DNA of 64,000 bases from Penicillus capitatus. Its lineage: Eukaryota > Plantae > Chlorophyta. The stretch covers positions 186,001 through 250,000 of the forward strand of contig OZ287706.1 of NCBI GenBank assembly GCA_965649825.1, given 5' to 3'. The translations under genes and the position numbers were made by a program. Numbering within the stretch: position 1 is the first letter of the stretch; each line of letters opens with the position of its first letter. Below, one piece after another: positions 49,257 to 61,373 of the stretch. Under the pieces are notes generated by a model. The model was given only the letters and a program-made list of their open reading frames with translations. It did no database searches and was not told the origin of the DNA.

Positions 49257-50276
49257 ATGGATACTGATCGTCTGTCGAATGCGCGTGTCTTTATCGAGCC
49301 GCTATCGATTCTGGCATCCGTTGCTCTTGTGCTATGGGCGCGGCGTCAGATGCGACGCGTTCCATCGCCGAAGACGCCGCCACCGACAGCACTCATTCGA
49401 GGACAGCGATGCGGCTTTCCACTGATCTCGAAGCGACATCTCAGTCACGACACCGTGCTCATGCGGTTTGGTCTACCGGCCCCACACCACGTGCTTGGAT
49501 TGCCAGCTGGACAGCACCTCTTCTGCTATGCCACAATCAAAGGCGATACCGTCATGCGTGCCTACTCCACCGTGACGCCGCCGACGACACCGGGATACTT
49601 CGACATTGCGCTCAAAGTCTATTTCCCCAATCCGCCGAAGTATCCAGACGGCGGCAGAATGTCGCAAGTGCGTCTATGCTTCGGTATTGTGATGCCACGG
49701 TGTGATCTCATGGCGATGGTGTAGCATTTGAATGGATTGTCTCTTGGTGATGTTGTGGAATTCAAGGGACCCGTCGGGCGCTTCGTCTACCAAGGCATGG
49801 GCGTCTTTTCTAAGAACCGCCGATCGAGTAAGGCGACGAAAATATCGATGATTGCTGCTGGCACAGGCATCGCGCCGTTTCTTCAGATCATTCGCAAAAT
49901 TCTGGATGATCCTAATGATCCGACGCAGATCTCACTCATCTATGCCAACAAGACTGAAAAGGTCGACCGGCACCATCGATCTGTAAACCAGAAGTGATAT
50001 GCGTGATGACTGCAGGACATTCTGTTCCATCACGAACTGAACCGTCTGTCCAACCGTCACCGAAACCTCTCTGTACACTACACCGTGGACAAGGCATCCT
50101 GGCATTGGAGTCACGGACGTGGGCGCATTGATCGACAGATGCTGCAGAGATATCTCTTCACGGCAGAGGACGGAAGCATTTTGCTCCTCTGTGGTCCGGG
50201 GCCTATGACCGACGCCATGAGCCGCATCTGCACAAGTCAGCTTGGATGGTCCACAGACCAGATCGCCGTTTTCTAG
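49257..50276 (+). CDS. NADH-cytochrome b5 reductase
   Basis: N-terminal anchor; RFGLP..LGLPAGQH; RAYST; KVYFPNPPKYPDGGRMSQ; MIAAGTGIAPFLQ; LLCGPGPM; stop TAG 50274-50276. Confidence 0.93.
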
Positions 50277-50484
50277 GCCATCCCTGATCGCAATCCGAAT
50301 AGCTCTTCTTCTCCCTTTCATTTTATTGGACTTGGCGTCTTTGCCTCAATGCACGTACGCACAGAGCAACGCGTCTCATGAGCTTCTGTGACGCGATAAT
50401 CGCTCTGTTATGTGTATGTATGTATCGTCTGTCCATCGGAAAGGCAAGCGTGTAACATAGTGTCGCGATACAGGCAATGATGGT

Positions 50485-50846
50485 TCAGCTCTGTCGCAGT
50501 TCGGCTTTTCTCTTGTTCCACAGAATGTCCAGGGCGGAATCGGCTTCTCCCTGTTCATAGCAGTGCTCATTCAGATGTGGTGGTCCGTTGTTCGTGGCGG
50601 CGTACTCGACGGCGAACTAGTCCGGATATAGCAAACGTCGTGAACTGTCCCGTATAGACACCCGAGTCGTCCAGGTGTCCAATGTTCAACTGTATGGACC
50701 CGTGATCTTTCGCCGTCACCAGTTTGTTCGTCCACGAACTGGACGAGAACAGACGCCGCGTGACATCGATTGTGCTCAAGACGAAGCACGGCCTACCATT
50801 TTCGTGGAATGTAGAGATCCACCAACTGCTCTTCGGAGTTCATCAT
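50485..50846 (-). CDS. RPS21: 40S ribosomal protein S21 (eS21)
   Basis: Three exons: [82 protein letters not shown] stop. Confidence 0.97.
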
Positions 50847-51277
50847 CTTGGCGGCTGATACGCTGGAAGGAGCCGACGGCAATGAAAGCAAACGATAATG
50901 AAAAGACGTCTAGAGGACATTGCTTGAGAATGCCAGTCGCTTCGTGAGAAGACGTCTTTATCATGTGCACTGGCGATTTACATTTGAGGCAGGTCGAGCA
51001 GAAGGCACGTGATCGCGCCGTGAGTTCCGGGCGTTGCAAATCTCTTGTTGAACAGATTGATTGATTGTAAAGTTTGGCAAACAGTCGTGTTCGACAACTG
51101 ATTCGTCAGTTGATGAGTTGGTTGCTTGGCAGACGGCCTCGAGTGAGAGGCATTCATCATGGCGACAAAAACAAAAAGGCTGAGAATAGACGTTGCTCGA
51201 TCGGCAGCAGACGACCTGGTGACGCTGCTGTTGCTCCTGATCCTTTCTAAAAGGCGGGACCTGTGCATAGCCGTCGG

Positions 51278-52892
51278 TCAGCGCTGTCCTTTCGGAGAGA
51301 CGTCACATCATGTGAGCTAGATTCCTTTACCTGCTGGTTGGTAGACGTCGAAGCAATCTCCGTTCAGATCACAGACGCGATCTGCATTGTGGATGCGCTG
51401 TACGTTTTCACGCTCGTGTGCTGGAGGCACGATGTCTGAAACAAACGTTCTTGAGTAGTTGGCGGTTATCGAACTATATGAATCTCTCTACCTGAATCAG
51501 CACATGGGCAGACATCGGAACACGCGATACCAGTTCCGGTACACTTGGCCAGGCACTCATTCGCGTATGTCTTCTTATTAACGCCGCACACTGGACTGTA
51601 GATTTTCGGACAATCTGCACAGGTTGTACTCGGCTTGAGCTCCGTAGTAACCGGACTGATGCCTAGACGGGTCGATCTTAGCGACCTGAGAGAAGTATTC
51701 AGCAATACTTCCCGTACCTGGTTTTGAGCATGGACACGTGCCTTCGCACGCAATGGCGATTTCAGCACACTTGGCCTCGCACTCATTCTCGTACGTCTTC
51801 CCATTAACACCGCACACCGGACTGTAGATTTTCGGACAGGGACAGCCTGTACTTGGACTCGGTTCGGGTTCCTTAGTAGGGGGACTGATGCCTAGACGGG
51901 TCGATCTTAGGAGTGTTCGGCAATACTTCCCGTACCTGGTTTTGAGCATGGACACGGGCCTGTGCACGCAATGGCGATTTCAGCGCACTTGGCCTCGCAC
52001 TCATTCTCGTACGTCTTCCCATTAACACCGCACACCGGACTGTAGATTTTCGGACAGGGACAGCCTGCACTTGGACTTGGACTCGGTTCGGGTTCCTTAG
52101 TAGGGGGGCTGATGCCTAGACGGGTGGATCTTAGCAACCAGCGAGGAGTGTTCGGCAACGCTGTCCGCACCTGGTTTGGCGACACATGGGCAGAATCCAG
52201 AGCATGCTACTGTAGTTCCTGCGCACTTGGCCAGACATGGGTTTTCGTAGCTCTCCCCATCTGCCCCACAGACTGGACTCGAGATTTTGGGGCACCCGCA
52301 CGGTATCTGCATTCCACTCTCCACTAACAAGACGCAATGCCGTTTTTTGTCACCTGCCTTGGGAGCCACCGGAGATGGTAGTGGGGATGTTGGTGGCGCC
52401 GATGGAAGAGGTTTGACAGGAGTAGGAGTTACCGGAGATGGTTGTGGGGATGTTGGCGACGCCGATGGAAGAGGTTTAACAGAAGTGGGACAATGACGGC
52501 ACCAGAAGGGATGCCACTTGGTTTTTGGCTCGCCACCTTGATCAAGACAGCGCATTCTATGGCGGCCTGCAAGGCGATCGAGCCTTACATGGGCAAAATC
52601 CACTACAATCGACCTCAACTCCGCGACACGAAGCGGTGCAGACGTTGGCGTAGGTACGACCGTCTTGGCCGCACACGGGCGCATACCACCAGAAGATCGG
52701 GACAGGTTTCGTACAGAGGCACAAGGGAATCGCCTCATCAGATCCTGAACACAGAGAGGTTGCGGCGGTCTATTGAGTAAGAGGCGAAATTGCGCGTGTC
52801 CCGAGGGCGACGCAATGTCACGTACCTTCGTAACCGGCCGTTGTTTGGAAAAACAGCGCAGCGACGGAGACAACCAGCAGAAGTCGCAACAT
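51278..52892 (-). CDS. Secreted five-domain Kazal-type protease inhibitor with a Ser/Pro/Thr-rich linker
   Basis: Signal MLRLLLVVSVAALFFQTTA; Kazal units C.C....PVCG.DG.TY.N.C.A.C....C.G.CPC, five copies; SPTSP linker. The apparent frameshifts in the ORF track are phase-1 GT-AG introns. Confidence 0.88.
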
Positions 52893-54715
52893 CTTGGCGA
52901 GCCTGCGAATGCGAACTTCAATCGAGACTGGCGGTCTGTATGAGGCGACGCAACGACGTCCTGTCAGGAGACCGCCGTCGACGTATGGTCACCATCCCAG
53001 TCTGCGACGACGATGGACAGTGATGCGTGGTCGGTCGCACAGTGCCATCAGCAACAGCCTGTCGTCATCCTTGCACATTGCGATCGTTTCTCCTGACCTC
53101 TGAATGCGAGGCAGAAATAGAAGGCGGTCGAATTGGAAGGCCTAGGTGGATGCCCCGAACAGCAGGCAGATATAAATAAGACACTGCGGAGGAGGAGGAT
53201 TCTGTTGTCGCGGATCCGCTATTCAAAAGCTGTTTCCCTTCTCGGCCTGTCTTTGTCGATTCGAACGAGACTGGAAGGAGTGTGCGATTCGCGTCTTTTC
53301 GTTCTCAGGGAGATAGATCACAGGCGATGAGAATGGCACAGTCATATCCATCGAGATTCATGGATCGGTTGGCTTCTGGCGGTGCCACAGTGAATCTGTG
53401 TTTGAAGCGAAAGAGCATTCGAGTAAAGGACGACACAAGAGTGGAATGGGAGAAACTGCGGTTTCACGCCATCGTTGCTTCAGCCTCTATTTTTCGGATC
53501 TGACGGTTCCAGGTTCAAGACTTAGTCATTCCAGAACCACTGCCATGTTCGATGATCACAGTAGACACGGGTCCAGAGGCGGACACATGACACTAGAGTC
53601 ACTCATCATCCACCACTGCCACAACGTCTTCGGCAGCAACTCTAGTCCAGATGCCACTCGATCCAAAAGCTGCGCTTCCTGATCAGTCACGGCCTTTCAC
53701 ACAGCTCAAGGAAGTCTGTCGAAGAAATGACAGGAAACGCCAAGAAGCGTAGCGGGACACGAGGATTTCTAGGCCAGCGATGGGCCTTTAACGTTTTCTA
53801 CATATATTGAAAGAGTACGATGAGAGAAGGAGCCAAACAGCAACAAAAGTCAATGTTCATCGTTGGCTGTTTTCCTGCGGTGTCTGTCTCCCTTTCTATA
53901 CCAAAGATATAAGACGGGCAAAAGGGTAGTAAGGAAACCAATAAAATTCATGATGGCCTTCAATCGTTCTATCTTCTTGCGCTATACATAATGTCTTTTT
54001 CAGCGTTCATCGCCAAAAGACGTCATTTTAGCTCGACGATGCCGAGAGGCTGCGTGCGACATTGATCCGGCGTTGTAGTCAAGGAGCAGCTGTTTTGGCC
54101 ATTGTGTTTCCGTCTACCGCGTATAGTAGACCGCCATCCATTGCAAAGACATTCACGCATTCTTGCTTTTTCTGTCACGCCTAGACGTATTCCCATAGTC
54201 TAATCTTTTCGCTCGCATGGCAGCACTAGACAGAGAAGAAAAGTTCATTACATGAGACCTAAACAATTCCAAAACTCGTCGACCAATAAATTCAAGTGAC
54301 AGGGGAAACTTCCTATATCAAACATGACAGATTACGGCAAGCACTACCCTTTTGCTTGTCAACACGAATAACAGATCTGCGTTCGGTCTGTCGATTGCAA
54401 GAAAACACCTCACAGATATCGCCTTCAAGAAAGAATAGGAACTTGGTCGGCAAAGGCGCAAAACGCCGAATGTTTCCCCGTCTAAACTCCAAAGAGGCGA
54501 CGACAGCGAATACACGAAGCAAGAATGTAAAGAAGCAGTCTATACAAACAACTAGCGTGTATGCTAAGAAGACACCTGTAAACCCAGACAGAGTCTGACT
54601 GACTCCTTTAACGAACTCTGCGACTCGTATCGCACGACGGCGGAGAACGCGACGGATACGAAAGAAACCTTTACATGTCTGTTTTTTCAGTGGCAAAAAG
54701 AATCAAAGGAGAAGT

Positions 54716-55050
54716 GGACAAAAGTTTTTGTCCGGGTGGTGACTCCATCGTCGGCCCCCGAACTGGCTCGACGTTGTCCTTTCCCCGCCGTAACCCATCC
54801 AACTCGGCGCGGGCTCGCCAGACACTTCTGGGTCAACTCTGATGGGACTACCCTCCTCTGTGTCCGGCGCAGGAATCGAACCCCCGCGGTCGTACTTCTC
54901 GAACTGGCCAACTGCACCATCCGCTTTCGGGTCGATCCCCACAGTCGAGAACGCGCCGACTTCAACATATGCCCACCGTATTCGCCGTATCCGCGTCGTC
55001 CATCCAGAACGACTACCGGCACTCGTGACGACTTCGCCGACGACTTTGTG
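54716..55050 (-). mobile_element. tRNA-derived Pol III (SINE-like) repeat copy
   Basis: Minus strand carries an A-box-like TGGTGCAGTTGG (54919-54908), a B-box GGTTCGATTCC (54882-54872), a body of about 140 nt, then the hairpin GGACAAAAACTTTTGTCC (54733-54716) and T-runs. The upstream part recurs inverted at the window end. Confidence 0.55.
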
Positions 55051-55604
55051 ACGACTTTGCTGGCACTTCGCTTCCCGTCCACCATCCGTCCATGACAAGA
55101 TCACCGACGATACTCTCCTGACGGTTACGTCACAAAACGAAACACGTAGAGAACGTACGGAAACCCTACTAAGGAGACCCTTTTCACTGTCGTTTCGTTA
55201 TTCCTTGTTGGTAATCTTTCTTGCTATAGAATAAGAACATTTGCCATTTCCGCGTCTATCTGCTCGCGAATATGATGGTTTGGATGCCGGAGAGAACTTG
55301 TTGAAAACAAGGGTGGATTAAGATACAGCTAGCAAGTTCTTTCCTTGTTTATTCTGTAAAAGTTCCTTCTTGTACACGAGGACGTCCTGTGAGAAGATTT
55401 CGAAACTGTACATGCTTTTCATCTACGATCAGTGGACCGAAACAAAAATCTCATAAAGAAACGCCTCTGGCTAACATTCCGAGACAACTGTTAACTGTCA
55501 CTGTGACATGTATTTATGTACACAGTTAACGAAGGTTCATATATCAAAAGAGATTTCTACGAAACAGAGTCGACACCTCAGAAGAACCAGACTCTTCGCA
55601 CTGT

Positions 55605-56484
55605 TCACAGTTCGACCATTTTACTACGATTCTCATTGACTTTAGCTTTGCGGGCAGCGTCATCTTCCACCATTTCCTGCTCATTGCATTGTCCTCTTAG
55701 ATGTACCACCGAACACAACGGTACGTACCTTACTGACAGCGCCTTCAGGAACATCGAGGCCTTTCTGCGTCGCCTCTCTTGTATAGACGCGTTTCATCCA
55801 TTCCTGCACGTTGACAGTTGCAATGATTATCACTTATCGCAGCGAGCACTTTGACAGAGGGAAACTCGTCGACATCAATGGCCGAGTTGTAGGCACGCAG
55901 CACCCAGCAGAAATTGGCGATGTCTGCCAGAGTGAATTGGTCTCCTGCCAAGTACGCGTGATCCTTCAGGCGGCTTTCCAAGACTCCCAGAAGACGTTTG
56001 CTCTCATTGTAATAGCGCTTCTGTCCGTATGGCACCGTTTCAGGCGCATACTGTATGAAATGATTTGCCTGTCCCATCATGGGGCCCAGTCCTCCCATCT
56101 GAAACATCAGCCACTGGATCACTTCGTAGCGTGTGTTCCCTTCCTTGGGCAGCAGAGATCCATCCCCGTAGCGTTCTGCTAAGTATATCATGATGGCACC
56201 ACTCTCGAAGACAGGCAGGTCTCCATTGCTGTGGTCCACTGTGGAAACCTGCTTTGGAGAGAAGTAGATGCGAGTCGGCCCGCACCGATGGCAGGAATGC
56301 GGCCGTTGGGGTTGATTTCGAGAAACCAGTCCTGCTTCTGCTCATTCTCGCCGAGTTTGATATGACGCATGTCGTACTCGATCCCGAGTTCTTCAAGAGT
56401 AACGGAAGCTTTTAGGCCGTTGGACGTGCCTGCGGTGTAGAGAGTAATAGGCGCCGCACGTGCTGCACTAGGAAAAGAGATCAT
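55605..56484 (-). CDS. Glutathione S-transferase, YfcG/Ure2-like (Nu class)
   Basis: LYTAGTSNGLK; EQKQDWFLEINPNGRIPAI; FESGAIMIYLAE; WLMFQMGGLGPMMGQANHF; YLAGDQFTLADIA. Last exon uncertain. Confidence 0.92.
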
Positions 56485-57313
56485 CAGATGTACAGTGTTT
56501 GCAATCAGTCGTGGCGAGAAGCGGCGAAACTTGATGGAACTTCCTCCTATCGCCGGAATTGCTCGAAGGAACTCACCTCGACATAACGACGCGTTTCTTG
56601 AAGACGGACCAACGCCGAGTAGAGGATCGTACAGAGCTAAGGGGAAAACTTGCGAAAAAACGTGCAGCGGAAAGACTTCGCATCGCGTTAGGTCAGCTGC
56701 GCAGATAAGACAGGGGTTGCGTTTAATCGTTCAAATCGCTTTCTCCGTATTAGAACGCCTCGCCATCTGTTCAGGAAAACTCCTACGCGCTTACATCATG
56801 TCAAGCGAGCGGCTGAACTGCATTTCCAACTTTGGTTGCTACGTATATACCTGAACTGATGTGAATAGCACAGGGCTGAGATTGACCAAGTGTCAAAGCA
56901 TCGGATTGATCTACGCAAGCAGATCGAAATAAAGATAACGTACTCCAGAGTAAGGGTGTGGCCGATGTGCGTCATCATCGGAGTAGGAAGAAGGGCCGCG
57001 CCGGAATCCCTCACTGAGAGTTAGGAGAGCAAGACAAAGTGTGAGACGATGCGTGAGAAATAGTGGCGATGACACAGTGGAAGGTGGATGACGTGATGAG
57101 ACTGATGGCAGATTGGTGCCAATGCGACTTGAGCAAGGAGGTAAGGTAGCGACGTGCACCTCACTAGCAGATGGAACTGCGTCACGTGTGTACATAACAG
57201 TCATGTGCTGTTTGCGAAGGTCGGATCGGTCAAAGACTAATGATGTCGCGGAGTTGTTAACAGCACTTCACCAAATGCAATAGTATGTTCAATGCAAGAC
57301 CTCAGTCTTGGTC

Positions 57314-58636
57314 TCAACAGTCCCGGCGTCGTAAGCCTTCGAGGAAGGAATTGATCTCTCCTGCAAGGAACGCTATTTCATTGTCTCCAGAGGCTGTCGT
57401 TGCAATGTGGTGCTTTCCAAAACGGCCCACCAATTCGAGATGTAGACTTTCATCGCTGTTGCTGCGACGGTGGACCACCATCTGCCGAAGAACGCAACAG
57501 TGACGCTCATTCAAAGATACTGAATTCGCACTTCTGCTCTCTCCAAGTCGGTTGTGTTGCCGAATATCTGTCGATTCAAACTGTCCCGCGCCACTTCATC
57601 CCGCGCATCAGATCTGTCTCCTTCACCAGCTTCTGCTAAAGAGTTCCAGTACCGAAAATCGAGAGATTTTCCAATTTCAAACTCTGTCTCGGTGATCGTG
57701 ATTTGCTCACGTGTGAAGAAGTTTGGGAAAGAGCAAATCAATCCGAGGCCAATAAGCGAGCTCATGACAATAGGACCAATCCAAGCCGTTGCTGTACATT
57801 AAAAATTGCTTTACGAACGCAAGCAAATTTCAGAAGAGTACGTGTGGATGGGAATAGGGCGATGAAGACAACTGTTATCGTTACGGCTATCGCTCCTAAG
57901 ATAAGAACTGCAACAAGATACTGGCCTCCTAAAAACATTGGAGTTCTCTTTCCTTGCTCTCAGTTTGCGAGCGAGGACAGTTCAGTGTCGCGATGTCCTT
58001 ACCGCCACAGGACATGGGAGGGATGTGTGCTTCGAAATGGGTCTCTCCGCGTCTGATGACGTATGCTCTTCCTGGTCCTTGTTTCCTCTGCGCTTCTCGC
58101 GTGACACTGTATGAAGAGGACAGCGATCGATCATCGACGCCTCTCGATTTACCTCACCTTTCTCGCTGGTTGGCAGTGGCGGCGGATGGTGTTTTCTGTG
58201 CTTTAACCTGAGTGGCACGTCAAGTGTCTAGTTACAGGAAGCTCCGACTGGCAAGGCGACTTACGATGACAATGTGAAAAATCTTCTCTGTTCCGACGAC
58301 TATCTCAAAGAACTCTATCCTCTGTTCAATATCATGATGGACATTGTTGCGCAGTTCCTGAAAACAGAAACAAGCACGTGTGTCGGACTTCTTGACTTGA
58401 CGCGAACTTGTTTCTGTTTCTCGTAGATGCCTTGTAGGTTGGAAGAAGCAGTAATCTCGAGCGAAAGGCACTTCACAGTGACTTGGCTTCTGTCTGACAA
58501 CCTTTCGCACTAACACACGTCGACTCAGAGAAGAGAGCGGAAGCCAGAGCCATACCTCGCAGATGTATCCGACTGTTGAAGGGCGGACGCTGAGGATTCG
58601 AAAGCGTCCGTCGATAATAGCCCCTTCCGCATACAT
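57314..58636 (-). CDS. Membrane protein with a degenerate kinase N-lobe, resembling cyanobacterial-type Ser/Thr kinase + TM C-terminal domain proteins
   Basis: MYAEGAIIDGRFRIL..; ELRNNVHHDIEQRIEFFEIVVGTEKIFHIV; then RAYVIRRGETHFEAHIPPMSCG, two TM segments, REQITITETEF and C-terminal GRFG..EIAFLAGEINSFL. No HRD or DFG seen. Confidence 0.5.
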
Positions 58637-59439
58637 GATTCTGTGTTTGTGGAGATGGGAATCGTTTTGGAAGTCTACTGAGCCCAGTCAGTCAGACAGA
58701 CAGACAGACAACCAGAGTACAAAACACAATGCAGCGCGGCGGACGAAAGAGGAAGGTATCTTCGAGGAACTGTAACGTTCGCTGAATACTTGTCATTGTT
58801 ATGCAAACGGTGAACATAACGTAAAACATGACATAAGGAAAATAACGTTCATAAGTGTGGTCTGCCACTCAAATACCATACGATTTAGACAAGCAGCCTG
58901 TACTTTCACCTTTATCGTGTTGTACTTCGATAGCGCGTTGTGTCTGTTTGTTGCATTATCTTGTGTCAATGCATATTGATTGCCAACATCCAATCTTGCA
59001 GATCGTCGAGTCACATCAAATATGGCGAGGTGAACGGCCTTTTCAACGACACGATCGATCAAACGTCGCGAATAATCACAGGAAACGGCGAGATCAATGA
59101 TTTTTGAGATTTGTGTTCGTTGTCGCTCTGACGATGAATGCACCGATCGATCCCTTCCTCAAGCCGTCTTACGATCAAGTTCTTTTCTGCCATTTGGACC
59201 AGAGGGTCATTGTCATCTCTCTCGATGAAACAACCAGCTGCGCAGAATCACCAGGTGTCCAATGAACGGCGTAACAGTATAAAAAATGAAAGTGGCACGT
59301 GAGAGACAAATTTAAACTCTCTTACCGAATGCGACCAACAGCGTGCACAGATTGAGACTAGACAATTGGATCACCGTGTTAAATTGTTGAAGTTCTTTTC
59401 AAGTGCATCGAATTCCATGAGGCGACACTCGACGGCAAA

Positions 59440-60835
59440 ATTTGGAGGTACTCATCGCACAGCTCTTCGATGTACATGTCCACACTCATCCTCTCTGTCT
59501 TTTCTTGGCACAAGAAGGATGCGTTTGTACTACAGATGTTCACAGCAATGGCGTCCAGATGATCGATCTGGTTTCGTGTTACCCTCGGGTGCTTCGTACA
59601 GAACTCGGTCGACTGTCCCGCGACCGCGGGCGAGTTGGAGTGTCCCCGCGCGGCATCCGTTCTATGTTCAGAGGAAGAAGCTCTCTTCTTCGAAGCGGAG
59701 GAGACGACGTCGATACCGTTGTCCGTTTCCGCGAGCTTGGGACGTCATCGAGGATCTCCTCATCCGTCCACTTCGGCGACATCAATCCTAGTGTCGTCCT
59801 GCTCGCCGTGTTCGCCGGAGATCATGGTAATCTGCAAACGGTCGAATATCTGCGGTCAACGAGGGCTTCAGTTATGGATATCGAGGCTATCTTCTGGATC
59901 AGCTCTGTCTGCTGTCAGATGGGCCACAATGTCGCCCCGGTAACCACAGAAAACAGACGATCGAAGATTTCATCGCTTTCTCACACACATCGGCTTGCGA
60001 AAGGGTAAAACAGACAAGAGAGACTGGACAATAGACTTGCAGGGATTCCACGTTTCTGGTGCCAGATGGTGTCGAGTGAGGGATTCAGCAGACCACGAGC
60101 TTCTGTCCCTTTCCCGACACATGACGCGTTTCTCGCTACGCCGCTCATAACACCTGGAATGGATGCCCCTGCGAGTGCCTTCTGTACTTTGTTTTCGTCC
60201 GTTCTTCCTTCAATGAGGATTATAGGCACACCTGCATGGCGTGCTCATCTCGGAGGAGACGGTGCTGACGGCGGCGCACTGGGTGAACGGATCCACGGAT
60301 ACTGCGTGCCTGTTCTCGTGATCGATGCTCTGGTTATCTAGAGCAAAGGCAACAACTGCCGAGAACAGCCAGGAGTGCGTGCTCTCTCGCTTTTCCGGAA
60401 ATCTCCACTGACGGCTTCGATTGTTGGCTGGGTTCGGAAAGCGGCGCAGATGATGATCCATCCTTACTGGCTCAGTAGAAACTTCTCGAGATCTGGGAAA
60501 TGGATACGACCTGGTGGAACAAGCCATCGAGCAAAAATTCCATCGCAATTCAGGGACCAGGAGTGGTCAAAACGAGCGATGTTTTGAGATTCTTCTGTCT
60601 TTGAAGGCAATCGAGAAACAGCAGTTTTGCATCGGTCATGCAGATGGGTATCACGAATGTCGAAAGAAGTGCCTGCGAGGCCGAGTACGGAGGAAACTTT
60701 CCGACAAACATCATGTGCACCACGAGAGAAGGAGCTTACTGCGAGGGGGATGAAGGAGACTTGTTTTCAGACAGTGATAGAGAGAGGCTCCTTGGAGTCA
60801 GTGCTTTATGCCCGGTGGCGAATTCATCTAGATAA
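59440..60835 (+). pseudogene. Degenerate tandem copy of the ankyrin + trypsin-homologue gene
   Basis: VRFRELG.. ankyrin-like segment; YRHTC then a frameshift at 60236-60237, then GVLISEETVLTAAHW (cac tgg 60277-60282); later CEGDEGD; several stops. Confidence 0.75.
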
Positions 60836-61373
60836 AGGACTCTCGTTGTCACATGTGACCTGTTGTGCACAAGTCGTTGCTGGTAATGTTCGCCGACAAT
60901 TTTAACTGCGTCATTCATGTTGCTTCAAAAGGTGTGTAATACAGTGAAAAAGTCAACGTGTGGATGGACTTCATCGTCGCTATTAGATTGTACGACAAAC
61001 AGGTTGTCGTCGAAGAGTGGTCAGTCCGCGCTTTTGCTGAGACCAGCGGACATTGTCATCTCCGCACGACTGTTTGAAGAGACCGCAAACTGTCCATCAA
61101 AAACAAACCATCCATGCAAGAGACTGCATCCACACTAGCCAACGACGTCTTCGTGGACATTTATATCTATCATGAGCCACTACGGCAAAGCTTCTTTCAC
61201 TGTTGATGTGACGTTGTGACGTTGAACTTCGCAATGATGTCGCCGACATCCAGTTTAACGTATCGGGTCCGACTGTTCTCAGTGCATTTTTGAACACACA
61301 ACAACCAATCAGAGCTGCAGTGTCGAGAACACGTTTCTTTTCCACGTGCACGTTCGATAGACATTGTTTTGCG

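Noticed and set aside
50408-50425. Short microsatellites (GTAT here, GAAC near 6583, CAGA near 58695)
   Set aside because: Only 3-4 units each; ordinary.
54855-54930. Intact tRNA gene
   Set aside because: A and B boxes are present, but acceptor and T stems do not pair and the spacing is short; treated as tRNA-derived.
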